A DNA stretch of 63,455 bases, the filler included. It is 5 parts of 5 records of this genome, joined end to end, with 100 filler letters (N's around TTAATTAATTAA, not from the genome) between each part and the next. Parts side by side here need not be neighbours in the genome. Positions count along the whole stretch, not along the records: positions 23,385 to 50,135 come from SRR20825006_2786; positions 50,236 to 57,538 come from SRR20825006_2787; 3 more parts are not named here. One strand, given 5' to 3'. The notes beneath the pieces are model-generated. The model saw only the letters and a program-made list of their open reading frames with translations, did not search any database and was not told the origin of the DNA. The position numbers were made by a program, and so were the translations under genes. Of the stretch, positions 39,918 to 50,237 are shown piece after piece (positions within the stretch are counted from its first letter, which is position 1; each line of letters begins with the position of its first letter).

Positions 39918-41054
39918 CTATTGTCCGTATGGGTCGGCTGCATCACGCAGGCCGTCACCCAGAAAATTGAAGGCCAGTACAACCGCGACCACAGCAAAGC
40001 CAGGCGCAAGCAGCCAGGGGGCCAGCGAAATGGAGCGAAGATTCTGTGCGTCCTGCAGTAAAACACCCCAACTGACGACCGGTGGCCGAAGACCAAGGCC
40101 GAGGAAGGAAAGGGCCGTTTCACCAAGGATCATCTCGGGGACCGCAAGCGTCATCGCTGCGATGATGTAGGAGGTCATCGCGGGCAGCATGTGCTTGGTA
40201 ATCACGCGATATTCAGTGGCGCCAGCCAGTCGCGCGGCCATCACATAGTCCTCGGACTTCAGCGACAGAAACCGCCCACGCACCACACGCGCCAGATGAG
40301 TCCAGCCGATCAGGGCAAGAATGAGGGTGATCAGCACATAAACGAAAAGTGGATTCCAGGCGATCGGCAGAGCCGCTGCCAGCCCCATCCAAAGCGGGAT
40401 TGTCGGTACGGAGCGAATAAATTCCATGAACCGCTGAATGCTGGTGTCCACGAGCCCGCCATAATACCCGGAGATCGAGCCGAAGAAGAGGCCGAGAATA
40501 AAGGCGAAGAAAACCCCGATCAGTCCGGCAGAAAGCGTTACCCGCGCACCATAAACGAGCCTGGAAAACAGATCCCGGCCCAGCGAATCCGTACCGAGGA
40601 GGTTGACCTTCTGGCGGCGCTCATCAACGCCAAAGAGGTGAAGATCGCTCTTCCAGATTCCCCAGAACTTATAACGCTCGCCATGCACGAAAAATTTGAT
40701 CGGCATCGGCTTAGCGGTATCCGTTACATAACTCACCCGCGCCGTTTCCGGGTCGCGCGTTCGCTTCAGGGCATAAACGAAAGGCCGTTTCAACTCACCG
40801 TCGTGAATGACGCGCACCATTTGCGGAGGCACGAAGGTCTGAAGTCGCTCTATGGAGTCTGGTGCATAAGGGGCAACGATTTCGGCGAATATGGCAACCA
40901 GATAGGCAAACGCCAGAAAGAACAGCGAGAACAGCGCCAGCCGGTGCTGGCGAAACCGCCACCACATAAGTTGCCGGGAATTGGCCGTGTAAAGGCTCTG
41001 ATCGTCATTCTCCAGCTCTGTTTCGCCGGCATAGACGTTGTTTTCAAAAGTCAT
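39918..41054 (-). CDS. Oligopeptide-type ABC permease (OppC-like)
   Basis: LGTDSLGRD, YVMAARLAGA, ETALSFLGLG, FNFLGDGLRDAADP. Confidence 0.92.
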   Translation of the reverse strand: MTFENNVYAGETELENDDQSLYTANSRQLMWWRFRQHRLALFSLFFLAFAYLVAIFAEIVAPYAPDSIERLQTFVPPQMVRVIHDGELKRPFVYALKRTRDPETARVSYVTDTAKPMPIKFFVHGERYKFWGIWKSDLHLFGVDERRQKVNLLGTDSLGRDLFSRLVYGARVTLSAGLIGVFFAFILGLFFGSISGYYGGLVDTSIQRFMEFIRSVPTIPLWMGLAAALPIAWNPLFVYVLITLILALIGWTHLARVVRGRFLSLKSEDYVMAARLAGATEYRVITKHMLPAMTSYIIAAMTLAVPEMILGETALSFLGLGLRPPVVSWGVLLQDAQNLRSISLAPWLLAPGFAVVAVVLAFNFLGDGLRDAADPYGQ

Positions 41055-41061
41055 GTCGGCC

Positions 41062-42048
41062 TCACGCGTAGCGAATGCGCGGATCGGACCACGCAAGCAG
41101 AATATCTGAAATCAAGGTGCCAATGACCGTGAACACGCTGAGGATCAGAATGAAGGCACCGGCGAGATACATGTCCTGCATCTTCAGGGCCTGCAGCATC
41201 AGCGGACCGGTCGTTGGCAGGTTCAAAACCACGGCGGTGATGACATCTCCGGAAAAAAGCGCAGGCAATGCCCAGCCAACGGTGGAGATAAACGGGTTGA
41301 GTGCCACGCGAACCGGATAGCCCCAAACGACCTGACGTTCCGAAAGCCCTTGCGCATAAGCGGTTTCGACATAGGGCTTGCCCAGTTCATCAAGCATGTT
41401 GGCACGCATCACGCGGATCAGCCCCGCGGCGCCGCCGGTCGCCAGAACAACGATCGGGATCCACACATGGCTCAGAATATTGAGTACCTTGGCCAGGCTG
41501 AGCGGCGCGCCTTCAAACTGCGGTGAAATCAACCCGCCAACATCGATATTCAGCCATGCGAACCCGATCCACATCAGGATCAATGCCAGCAGGAAGTCAG
41601 GAATTCCCTTTCCGAGGAAACCGAAAACGGTAAAAAGATAGTCGAGGAACGAATACTGACGTTGTGCCGAATAGACACCGATCGGGATGGCAATAATCCA
41701 GGTAAACACAAGCGACAGGGTCGACAAAAGCAGGGTCAGCGCGAGACGGCCCCAGATCAGGTCGGACACCGGTGCATTCCAGTGAAACGACTGACCGAAA
41801 TCGCCGTGAAGCAGGATGTTCCCCATCCAGCGCATATATTGCACGAGGATCGGATCATTCAGACCAAGCTGCGTTCGGATTGCGTTTTCCTGTGCAGCGG
41901 TGATGTATTCACCACTGTTGCGCAATTCAGCGGCATAGGCGGTTACGTAGTCGCCGGGCGGCAACTGGATGATGATAAAGGAAATAAAGGAGACAACGAT
42001 CAGAGTGGGTATCGCCCACAGAATTCGTCGAAAAAGGAAGTTTGCCAT
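41062..42048 (-). CDS. Oligopeptide-type ABC permease (OppB-like)
   Basis: LPPGD, GDFGQS, YVETAYAQGL, SDILLAWSDPRIR. Confidence 0.92.
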   Translation of the reverse strand: MANFLFRRILWAIPTLIVVSFISFIIIQLPPGDYVTAYAAELRNSGEYITAAQENAIRTQLGLNDPILVQYMRWMGNILLHGDFGQSFHWNAPVSDLIWGRLALTLLLSTLSLVFTWIIAIPIGVYSAQRQYSFLDYLFTVFGFLGKGIPDFLLALILMWIGFAWLNIDVGGLISPQFEGAPLSLAKVLNILSHVWIPIVVLATGGAAGLIRVMRANMLDELGKPYVETAYAQGLSERQVVWGYPVRVALNPFISTVGWALPALFSGDVITAVVLNLPTTGPLMLQALKMQDMYLAGAFILILSVFTVIGTLISDILLAWSDPRIRYA

Positions 42049-42132
42049 CGTTTACTTTCCGCATTCCCGTTCGTTTACGTTCCGCACGCTTGACGCGCCG
42101 CGCACCCGATTCAACTGGATCTGCGTTAAAGG

Positions 42133-42163
42133 GCGGGTTTACGAAATATTGTCGCAAACCCGC
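42133..42163 (-). terminator. Stem-loop downstream of the substrate-binding protein gene
   Basis: GCGGGTTT-ACGA-AATATTG-TCGC-AAACCCGC, an intercistronic hairpin. Confidence 0.55.
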
Positions 42164-42185
42164 ATTCCTTCGTTGTCAGGGAGGC

Positions 42186-44144
42186 TTAATTCTGGCTCTG
42201 ATCAATCCAGAACTGTTGCGGCTGACCGAAACCGACACCACGGGTGATGTCATCTTCGACGAGCCCGCTGCGCACATTCTTGAAATCGTTCTTGACGATC
42301 ACAGGAATGGCCACTTCGCCGACAAGGCCAATCACATAGCCCTGATCAACAAAGGTACCGATCATGTCGTTCATTTCGGCATCGGCTTCTTCGATGGTCC
42401 CGGCCATTGAGGCTGCGTCCCAGTCCGCCCAGATTTTGCGGATCGCAGCGTCCTTGGGCGGCTCGATGCCGCTTTCGCCTTCGGTGGAGTACCAAACGTA
42501 ATATTGCTGGGCATAGCTGTCATTGCCCATGATATTGCGTGGGTCCGCGGGCACCACCGAAAGACGGTCAACAGGCGTATACTGGATTTCGAAATTGTTG
42601 TTGTCGCGGTTATCGTCCCATTGCGTGCGGTCGATGATACGCGGCACAAGTTCAACGCCAATATCCTTGTAGAAGTCCGCTGCAATTTCGAGAATCGGTG
42701 AGGCGAAGTCCTGATAGGCCTCGACGACGATCTGAAGACGCTTGCCATCAGAACGCAGCCTGTAACCATCATCGTCGCGCTCCGTCAGGCCGACTTTGTC
42801 GAGAAGCTCGTCGGCAAGATCCGGATCATACTCAGCCCAATGCGTTTCCCACTCGGCATTGAAATACGGCGATCCGGAAATGGGCGAGACTGAACGGGGC
42901 TCACCAAGCCCGGCAAAACCAAGTTCATTGATGGTTTCCCGATCAATACCGACCGAAAGTGCGTGACGAAAATCCTGATTGGCGAAAAGCTCGTGCAGGA
43001 CGGGATCCTTGACATTCAAATTGGGTACAAATGACCAGACATTTGCCGATTTCCAGGTGGCGACCTGATAGTCGCCCTTCTGCTCGTTCTCTTTGTAGAA
43101 CGTGAAATCGCTGGCATTGACGTAGCGCATCTGCATGTCAATCTGCCCCTGGACAATCATCAGATTGAAGGAGTCAGCCGCATCAAACAGGCGATGTTCA
43201 ATCCGGTCGATATAGGGAAGCTGGTTGCCCGCCTGATCAACGGCCCAGTAATATGGATTACGCACCATGGTCACGACGTTGCCCGGCGCGGGTGTTTCAA
43301 TCTTCCAGGCCGTGATGACAGGAAGCTCCGGGTTCTGCCACCACGATGTAATCGGGCCTTTTGACCCCCAGAGATCACTCCAGCGCTGAACGCCATGCGC
43401 CTCGGCTTCCTTGGCCAGTTCTTCGGCACTGGCATAATGATCGTTGAACCTGGACAGATAATGCTTGGGAAACAGGAAAGACGGGCGGTCGAGGCTTGGC
43501 TCACCGGTTGAATCCTTGGCCAGAATGTTCAGAAAATAAACATAAGGCTGGGCGAAACTCACCGTGAAGGTACGGTCATCTTTCACCGTAAGCTCCATTG
43601 GAACACCACCTGGCGAGAAGGTCGGGTCAACCGTTGGGTTCAACGCCTTGTTGAGAAACACATCCTTGTACCAGAATTCAACGTCTTCAGTCGTGACCGG
43701 CTCACCGTCAGACCACTTCAAACCTTCAAGCAGCGTAAACGTGAATGCAGTGGAATCTTCATTCACCGAGTAGCTTTCGATATAGGCCGGGACGAGCGAA
43801 ATATTGCCTTCGGCGTCGGGCGCGTATTTGACCACACGCTCTTCCATCAGCTTGGTCGGCCCCCAACGGTCACCGGGACCACGATAGGCGCGATGCCAAA
43901 CACCGCCATACTGACCGACTTCAACAGCGTCGACCACCATCGGATTGGCTGGCAGACGCTGATCGACCGGCGGCAGTGCGCCCGCATCAACCTCTTTGGT
44001 CAGCATCGGCGCCTCCTGAAAGGCCAGGGCCGAGCCCGAGAACGCCACGGTTGCCAGAAGTGTGGCCGCCAGAGTGGTGGTCAACGCCCGCTTTCCAGGT
44101 CGACGGATCATCGAACAGGATTCAGAATATAAAATTTTTTGCAT
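42186..44144 (-). CDS. Family 5 (Opp-type) substrate-binding protein, probably oligosaccharide-binding
   Basis: EAPML....GALPPVDQRLP.NP, GQYGG, KWSDGEP.T.EDV.F, RNPYYWAVD.AGNQLPYID. RBS GGGAGGGGAG precedes ATG 44144. Confidence 0.92.
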   Translation of the reverse strand: MQKILYSESCSMIRRPGKRALTTTLAATLLATVAFSGSALAFQEAPMLTKEVDAGALPPVDQRLPANPMVVDAVEVGQYGGVWHRAYRGPGDRWGPTKLMEERVVKYAPDAEGNISLVPAYIESYSVNEDSTAFTFTLLEGLKWSDGEPVTTEDVEFWYKDVFLNKALNPTVDPTFSPGGVPMELTVKDDRTFTVSFAQPYVYFLNILAKDSTGEPSLDRPSFLFPKHYLSRFNDHYASAEELAKEAEAHGVQRWSDLWGSKGPITSWWQNPELPVITAWKIETPAPGNVVTMVRNPYYWAVDQAGNQLPYIDRIEHRLFDAADSFNLMIVQGQIDMQMRYVNASDFTFYKENEQKGDYQVATWKSANVWSFVPNLNVKDPVLHELFANQDFRHALSVGIDRETINELGFAGLGEPRSVSPISGSPYFNAEWETHWAEYDPDLADELLDKVGLTERDDDGYRLRSDGKRLQIVVEAYQDFASPILEIAADFYKDIGVELVPRIIDRTQWDDNRDNNNFEIQYTPVDRLSVVPADPRNIMGNDSYAQQYYVWYSTEGESGIEPPKDAAIRKIWADWDAASMAGTIEEADAEMNDMIGTFVDQGYVIGLVGEVAIPVIVKNDFKNVRSGLVEDDITRGVGFGQPQQFWIDQSQN

Positions 44145-44315
44145 TACTCCCCTCCCAGTGAGTGCTGTTTATCGAGGTCCGAACTTCCCTCAATAACGGT
44201 ATATCATATGCTTAAATAATATTTTTGGATGATTTTTCATAAAAATCAACATAAAAATTCTATTTCATCAATTTCGAAGCCAATCTACTGCAAGTATTAA
44301 TGAAATTTTTTGCAT
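44129..44315. promoter_or_regulatory. AT-rich operator-like motif, two copies upstream of or at the SBP start
   Basis: ATAAAATTTTTTGCAT (44129-44144) and ATGAAATTTTTTGCAT (44300-44315). Related copies occur at 48630 and 48760. Confidence 0.55.
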
Positions 44316-44335
44316 AAAATTAATCGCACATCATA

Positions 44336-45409
44336 TCAGCGTGTTCTCACCTGCACGCCCGCCACACTTTCCCGCTCGACAAGATCGCAACCAAGTTCCA
44401 ACCTGTGTGCCGCCCGCACGCTCGAACCATTCTTCGCCCGCTCTTCCAGAAGGTTCAGCGCGGCTTTCCCAAACTGATCGAGTGGAATGGAAACGGTTGT
44501 CAGCGGTGGCATATGCAGCTCTCCAAGCGCCACACCGTCAAAGCCCATGACGGAGACATCGTCCGGAATCCGGAACCCCGCCCGTTTCAGCGCCCGCACG
44601 GCACCAAAAGCAAGATTGTCTGCCGCGCAAAAAATGGCGGTTGCTCCGTCAAGGTCGGGATGTTCGGCAATCCAGGCATCCATTGCCGACTCGCCATGTT
44701 GCGGCTCAAAGCCTTCTGCGGTGACGATGATGGCATTGTCGCGCGGCAGCCCACCTTCATCGAACGCATCGAGAAAACCATCCAGCCTGCGGCCAACAGT
44801 CTTGCGACCACGCCAGGTAACGTGAACAAGTTTCTTGTGACCGAGCCCAAGAAGCCGTTTTGTCGCCTTCAGCGCAGCAAAACGATTGCCGGGCGTCACA
44901 CTGTCGATATGCATCTCCGGGTCTTCGCCGTTGATCAGAACCGATGGAATACCGGACTGCCGGATAGCATCCAGAACGGCAACGCGATCATCGTTGATCA
45001 GAATGATACCATCCGCATTGACCTCGCGAGCGGCTGCGGTCAATGCCTCTATCGGATCATCAAGCGTCAGCGTATGGGGCACGATCCTGATACCGCGGGC
45101 CTCGCAGTCCCGGCTTAAGGCATTGAGGATCGTCCACGATACCAGATTGACGTCGCTGTCCGACAAGGCATCCTCCGGCACTGCCAGCAAAACCTTGTTC
45201 AGGGATGCGATCGACGCTTTGGCCGTGCGCCGTGCCAGATAGCCAAGCTCACGGGCCGCATCAAGAACGCGGTTGCGCACATCTTCCGAAATCGGCGCTG
45301 TACCATTCAGCACGTGCGAGACAGTTGAAATCGCCACGCCTGCGCGAGCGGATACTTCGCGCATACCCACTTTTGGGGCTTCACCCATCTTTCCGGTGCG
45401 TTTAACCAT
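44336..45409 (-). CDS. LacI family transcriptional regulator
   Basis: VGMREVSARAGVAISTVSHVLNG, IPDDVSVMGFDG, PPLTTV. The start could be 45388. Confidence 0.93.
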   Translation of the reverse strand: MVKRTGKMGEAPKVGMREVSARAGVAISTVSHVLNGTAPISEDVRNRVLDAARELGYLARRTAKASIASLNKVLLAVPEDALSDSDVNLVSWTILNALSRDCEARGIRIVPHTLTLDDPIEALTAAAREVNADGIILINDDRVAVLDAIRQSGIPSVLINGEDPEMHIDSVTPGNRFAALKATKRLLGLGHKKLVHVTWRGRKTVGRRLDGFLDAFDEGGLPRDNAIIVTAEGFEPQHGESAMDAWIAEHPDLDGATAIFCAADNLAFGAVRALKRAGFRIPDDVSVMGFDGVALGELHMPPLTTVSIPLDQFGKAALNLLEERAKNGSSVRAAHRLELGCDLVERESVAGVQVRTR

Positions 45410-45487
45410 AGTATGCCCCTCCCCTGTCTACATCGGGTTCCGCCCGGGAGAGCACGGGAAACGCGATAGTCGGTGGCGTGACCTGTT

Positions 45488-48400
45488 TCATACCGATCCC
45501 ACCTTTCGAAGCTTCAAGGTCTTGATCTCAAACGGCGTGAAGCTGAGTGCTACGGCATTGTCCTCGATCTCAAGCGACCTGGCATTGCCCTCCAGAAGAT
45601 CAGTCTCCGCTGCCGCAACAAACTCCGGTGAAAGCATAATCCGTATCGACTGCTGCGCGCCATCGCGCTCCCAAAGCCGGACAATCAGATCATCGCTGTC
45701 TTCGGCACGCTTGACCGCCTCAACAACAATGGAAGCGCTTTCCGGTGCCACAAGCGAGGCAATATCTGCGTTCTTTGTGGCACCCGAGCCGGCAATCAGC
45801 GTGAGCGGGTGATTGAAAGCCTCGGCCTTTGCAGAAACGCCCGTTTCGGCAAGGCCGTGATGCACCATCACACCATAACGGAACCGGTGCTCTCCCTGAT
45901 CGGCTTGCGGCCATGGATAAGTCGGCGAGCGCAGGAGCGTCAGTCGCAATGTCGTGTCCCTGGCGTCGTAGCCATATTTGCAGTCATTGAAGAAGGCAAC
46001 GCCAAAGCCCGGCTCGGAAAGCTCCACCCAGCGCTGCATCGGCGCTTCAAATCGCGCCTGATCCCAGCTTGTATTGGTGTGCGTTGGGCGTGACACATGT
46101 CCGAACTGAATTTCCGCTTGTGATTGCGTCGTGCGAACCGATAACGGAAAAGCCGTCTTCACCAGTGTGTTCTTCTCATGCCAGTCAATGAAAGTGTCAA
46201 ATTCGAGAATACCGCTCCCGTCTTCCAGTGAGACAAGCTGAATGATACGCGACGCCTCGTAAGCCCATTCAAACCGGATTGCCGCACGATAGGGGCCGGT
46301 TTCAACCACTTCGGCTGAAACCAGCGCGTCAATTTCCCACACCTGATCCTCGTAATTGCTGTCGATATCCCAGGCATCGAATTGTGCTGGCAGATCGCGA
46401 TAGGCCTGAATTCGGTTGCCGAGCGCACCGTCACGCAGGCATTCGCGCTCGGTTTTCTTGTCAAACACAGATATCAGCCGTCCGTTTTGGTCGAACTCAG
46501 CCCGGATACTGCGATTTTCAAGCCGGTTGACGGCGACCTGCAGGTCGCAGCCACCTGATGCAGCGGCGGCCGGTTCAAGGCTGATCCGAACCGCACCGAG
46601 GGCCGGAACCGGGTCCAGTGGCACCGCCTCAGCCTGCTGACCATCAGCGCTGAAAACGGTTTGCGAAGGCTTGCCCGAAATCGTCAACGCCGCTTCGGAC
46701 TGAACCGTTACCAGTCCCCCGCGCGCATATCCGAACGGGTTGACAACCAGCATCTCACCATCACCGGCCAGCGCGCCAGCAAGCTTTCGCCGCAGGTTTT
46801 CTGCACCTTCAAAGAAGGCGGCATAGTCCCTGTCGCTGTCATCAAAGACCAGACCGATGGATGACCCCGGCAGAATGTCATGAAACTGATTGAGAAGCGC
46901 AAGATCCCAGAGTTCAGCCAGCTCCCGTGTCGGGTACGGTTCACCCGCCCGCATCCACACCAGCGAAGCCAGCGCTTCAAGCTCGCGCAGCATTGCCTCG
47001 GCCTTGCGATTATTGCGCTTGACCTTGGCGACCGAGGTGAACGTGCCGCGATGGAACTCCAGGTAGAGTTCGCCAACCCATGTTGGATAATCGCCGGGGC
47101 TTTTTTCCATGCGGCCAACCATGCGTTCCAGAAACGGCCCCATGAAGCCCTGTTCAACGCGCGGGCATCCCGGAATACCGCGCTGCATCCGACGGATATG
47201 CTCCAGCATTTCGCGCGTTGGCCCGCCGCCGCCATCGCCAAAGCCATAAACCAGAAACAGCTCATCACTGGTGGCTTTCTGGGCATAGCGCCGCCAGGTG
47301 CCCATCACCTGACTGGCTTTCAGGTCCGGGCAATAGGTCGTGCCAATCGATGTGCTCTCCATTGGCTGCGTGGTCAGAAAATAAGTGGGCGCCCTGGTGC
47401 CGTCGATGCCCTGCCAAAAGAAGGTCTCGTTCGGGAATCGATTGGTATCGTTCCATGACATTTTATGTGTCACGAAAACCGAAAGCCCCGACAGCTTCAT
47501 GATCTGTGGAAATGCGGCGCTATAACCAAACGTGTCCGGCAGCCACAACACATGTGGGCGCACGCCGAATTTTTCACCGTGATAGCGCACACCGCGCAGC
47601 ACATGGCGCACCAGCGATTCACCGCCCGTGATATTGGCGTCAGGTTCCAGCCACAGCGCACCTTCAATTTCAAACTGTCCAGCCTCCTGCCGCTCCTTGA
47701 TCCTGCCGAAAAGCCCCGGATAATCCTGCTCAAGATAATCCAGCAGCAGGCCCTGGTTATACATGAAGCGGTATTCCGGATACTCCTCCATCAAATGGAG
47801 GGCGGTCGCCATGGAGCGCGCCATCTTCTGCCGCGTTTCGCGGATACGCCAGAGCCAGGCAACATCAATATGGGTATGACCGGTCACCGTGATATGCGGC
47901 TTGATCTGCGTGTCTTCTGCGGCATAAATCCGCCCGGCGATCGCACGCGCAGCCTCCAGACTTGCTGCAAAGCGAGCCCCGTCGTCCGGCCGCATGTCAA
48001 CGGTATTTATCGCCTCTTCAACGGTGTTTAAAATGAAGTCCCGGCGGTGATCGTTTTCATCGAGGTGTTTTGCAACATCAAGCGGAGCCCGCAAATCATA
48101 GTAGAGCGCCTCCGCCTGTATGTCATGCACCACCAGACGGCAGGCAAATCCGAGCTGCCGCCGATCCTCAATTGTGCCCACTTCGACCATGATATCGAAA
48201 GTTTCGCCCGCCCGCGCCTTGTCGGTCAGCAAGATCTCGCGGTGATTGTAGTCAGCCGCATGGGCGATCTCACCATTGATCCGCACCAGACATTGCGGAT
48301 CGGAGCGGCCCATGACGCGACCGAACATGGCCTCCACGCCAAGATAGACACGTGCTCCATCTAAGGCCTCGGGAATAACGGCTTCGCCTGAAAACCAGAA

Positions 48401-48604
48401 ATAGCTTTGTGGCTCTCCCCAGACGGTATCGGCTGTAACCACATCCCAGTCACCCTGCGGCCCGGAAAGCATCTGGTCGCGCTGCTCAGGTGCGCCCTGC
48501 GCAAACCGCAAAGCCACCATGAATTCGGTTTTGGTGAAAATATGAGCGCCCAGCACCTCAACAAGGTGAGCGAGTTTTGAAAGATCCGCCAGCTTATCCT
48601 CCAT
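45488..48604 (-). CDS. Alpha-mannosidase (GH38)
   Basis: GHTHIDVAWLW, WLPDTFGYS, GDGGGGPT, WVGELYLEFHRGT, LNQFHDILPGSSI, NDCKYG. ATG 48604 follows GGAG. Confidence 0.94.
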   Translation of the reverse strand: MEDKLADLSKLAHLVEVLGAHIFTKTEFMVALRFAQGAPEQRDQMLSGPQGDWDVVTADTVWGEPQSYFWFSGEAVIPEALDGARVYLGVEAMFGRVMGRSDPQCLVRINGEIAHAADYNHREILLTDKARAGETFDIMVEVGTIEDRRQLGFACRLVVHDIQAEALYYDLRAPLDVAKHLDENDHRRDFILNTVEEAINTVDMRPDDGARFAASLEAARAIAGRIYAAEDTQIKPHITVTGHTHIDVAWLWRIRETRQKMARSMATALHLMEEYPEYRFMYNQGLLLDYLEQDYPGLFGRIKERQEAGQFEIEGALWLEPDANITGGESLVRHVLRGVRYHGEKFGVRPHVLWLPDTFGYSAAFPQIMKLSGLSVFVTHKMSWNDTNRFPNETFFWQGIDGTRAPTYFLTTQPMESTSIGTTYCPDLKASQVMGTWRRYAQKATSDELFLVYGFGDGGGGPTREMLEHIRRMQRGIPGCPRVEQGFMGPFLERMVGRMEKSPGDYPTWVGELYLEFHRGTFTSVAKVKRNNRKAEAMLRELEALASLVWMRAGEPYPTRELAELWDLALLNQFHDILPGSSIGLVFDDSDRDYAAFFEGAENLRRKLAGALAGDGEMLVVNPFGYARGGLVTVQSEAALTISGKPSQTVFSADGQQAEAVPLDPVPALGAVRISLEPAAAASGGCDLQVAVNRLENRSIRAEFDQNGRLISVFDKKTERECLRDGALGNRIQAYRDLPAQFDAWDIDSNYEDQVWEIDALVSAEVVETGPYRAAIRFEWAYEASRIIQLVSLEDGSGILEFDTFIDWHEKNTLVKTAFPLSVRTTQSQAEIQFGHVSRPTHTNTSWDQARFEAPMQRWVELSEPGFGVAFFNDCKYGYDARDTTLRLTLLRSPTYPWPQADQGEHRFRYGVMVHHGLAETGVSAKAEAFNHPLTLIAGSGATKNADIASLVAPESASIVVEAVKRAEDSDDLIVRLWERDGAQQSIRIMLSPEFVAAAETDLLEGNARSLEIEDNAVALSFTPFEIKTLKLRKVGSV

Positions 48605-48629
48605 TAAACAGGCTCCATCACTAGAAATC

Positions 48630-48775
48630 ATGCAATTTTTTCAATTTCTAAAACGAAAAATGAAACTCTTGACAGTGATGGATATTTGTTAAAATTATCG
48701 CAAATTAAGTGACATCGGTCTAGGGAAGAAACACGTTGTCACGTCGTTTCATGAAAATCATAAAATTTTTTTTAT
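48630..48775. promoter_or_regulatory. Divergent GH38/GH28 promoter with the same AT-rich operator-like motif
   Basis: ATGCAATTTTTTCAAT (48630-48645), ATAAAATTTTTTTTAT (48760-48775), and TTGACA at 48669. Confidence 0.5.
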
Positions 48776-48788
48776 GGGTGGAGGGAAA

Positions 48789-50135
48789 ATGTCCAAACCA
48801 GAGGAGATTCGCATTCCGGCAGAGGAAAGCGAGGCTACGGCGCGTATTCAGTCTGCTATCAATAAAGCGGCAGAAGGCCCCGTCCGGGTTATCCTTGAGC
48901 GTGGCCGCCATGTCAGTGGCGGGTTGAAACTGATCTCGGATGTCGAACTGCATCTGGCGGAAGGTTCCGAGCTTTGCTTTATTCCCGCCTATGAGGCTTA
49001 TGTGCATACATCCGTTGCCGTTGTCGCGGAAGACAGCAACAGGGCGATGCTCGTTGCAGCGAATGCGGCACGGATTGCACTCACCGGAAAGGGACGGATT
49101 GCCTGCGACCATATGGCCTTTGCCACTGGAGATGACATGGTGATGGGAACCCGCATACCGGCGAAGCGGAGACCGCGCGTTCTGGTGTTTGACGGGTGTG
49201 ACCGGATCACGCTTTCGGGTATCTCTGTCGCCCATTCCCCTATGTGGACACTTCATTTCGTCAATTGCACCAATATTTCCATTGATAATGTTCATGTCGA
49301 CAATGACCGCCGGATGCCGAACACGGACGGTATTGTCATTGACGGTTGCCGGGATGTGACGATCACCCATTGCGATATCCGCACAGCCGATGACGGCATC
49401 GTTCTGAAAACCTCCGTCCGCGATGACGGCAGCTTCGCCGGAACCTGCGAGCGTGTGCGGATTGCAGACTGCCGCATCCTCAGCCGCTCCTGCGCATTGA
49501 AGGTCGGAACTGAATCCTTTGCAGACTTCAAAGACCTGGTGTTTGAAAATTGTGAAATCATCGACTCCAATCGCGGCCTGGGCATTTTCTCGCGCGACGG
49601 TGGAACGGTTAGAGATGTCCGGTTTTCCAATATCAAGCTGGACTGCCACGAAACGCCGGACGGGTTCTGGGGATCCGGTGAGGGGCTGACCATCAATGTT
49701 GTCGACCGCAGACCGGATGAGCGCCGGGCGGGCGCGGTTTCAGGTGTTGTCGTGGAAGGCATTTCCGGCTCCACGGAAGGGGCCATCAATCTCTATGCAG
49801 AACACGCAGGTGGCATTGAAGATATCCGGATGAACGATATCGACATCAGCCAAAAACCCGGAATTTACGGATCGGCACGAGCCTATGACCTGCGCCCGAC
49901 ACCTGCCGACCTTGCCCCCGCTCCCGATGCAGGCGGCCGGATGAATGCATGGCGCAAAGGCGCAGATGGCCGGGTGATCGGGCTTATCGACTACCCGAAT
50001 GGCATTCCAGGTGTTTTCGCACATAATGTAGACGGGCTCGAAATGACGGATATTTCCATATCGCGCCCCGACCCGCTGCCCGAAGGTTTCAGCACCGAGG
50101 TCATCGCTAGCGCATCGGCCCGAAAATCGGAATCG
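48789..50135 (+). CDS. Glycoside hydrolase family 28 (polygalacturonase-like), stop lost in linker
   Basis: Beta-helix protein with SPMWTLH, PNTDGI, TADDGIVLK, ALKVGTES. Confidence 0.88.
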
Positions 50136-50235
50136 NNNNNNNNNNNNNNNNNNNNNNNNNNNNNNNNNNNNNNNNNNNNTTAATTAATTAANNNNNNNNN
50201 NNNNNNNNNNNNNNNNNNNNNNNNNNNNNNNNNNN
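50136..50235. other. Artificial contig-joining linker
   Basis: N44-TTAATTAATTAA-N44. Confidence 0.98.
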
Positions 50236-50237
50236 TC

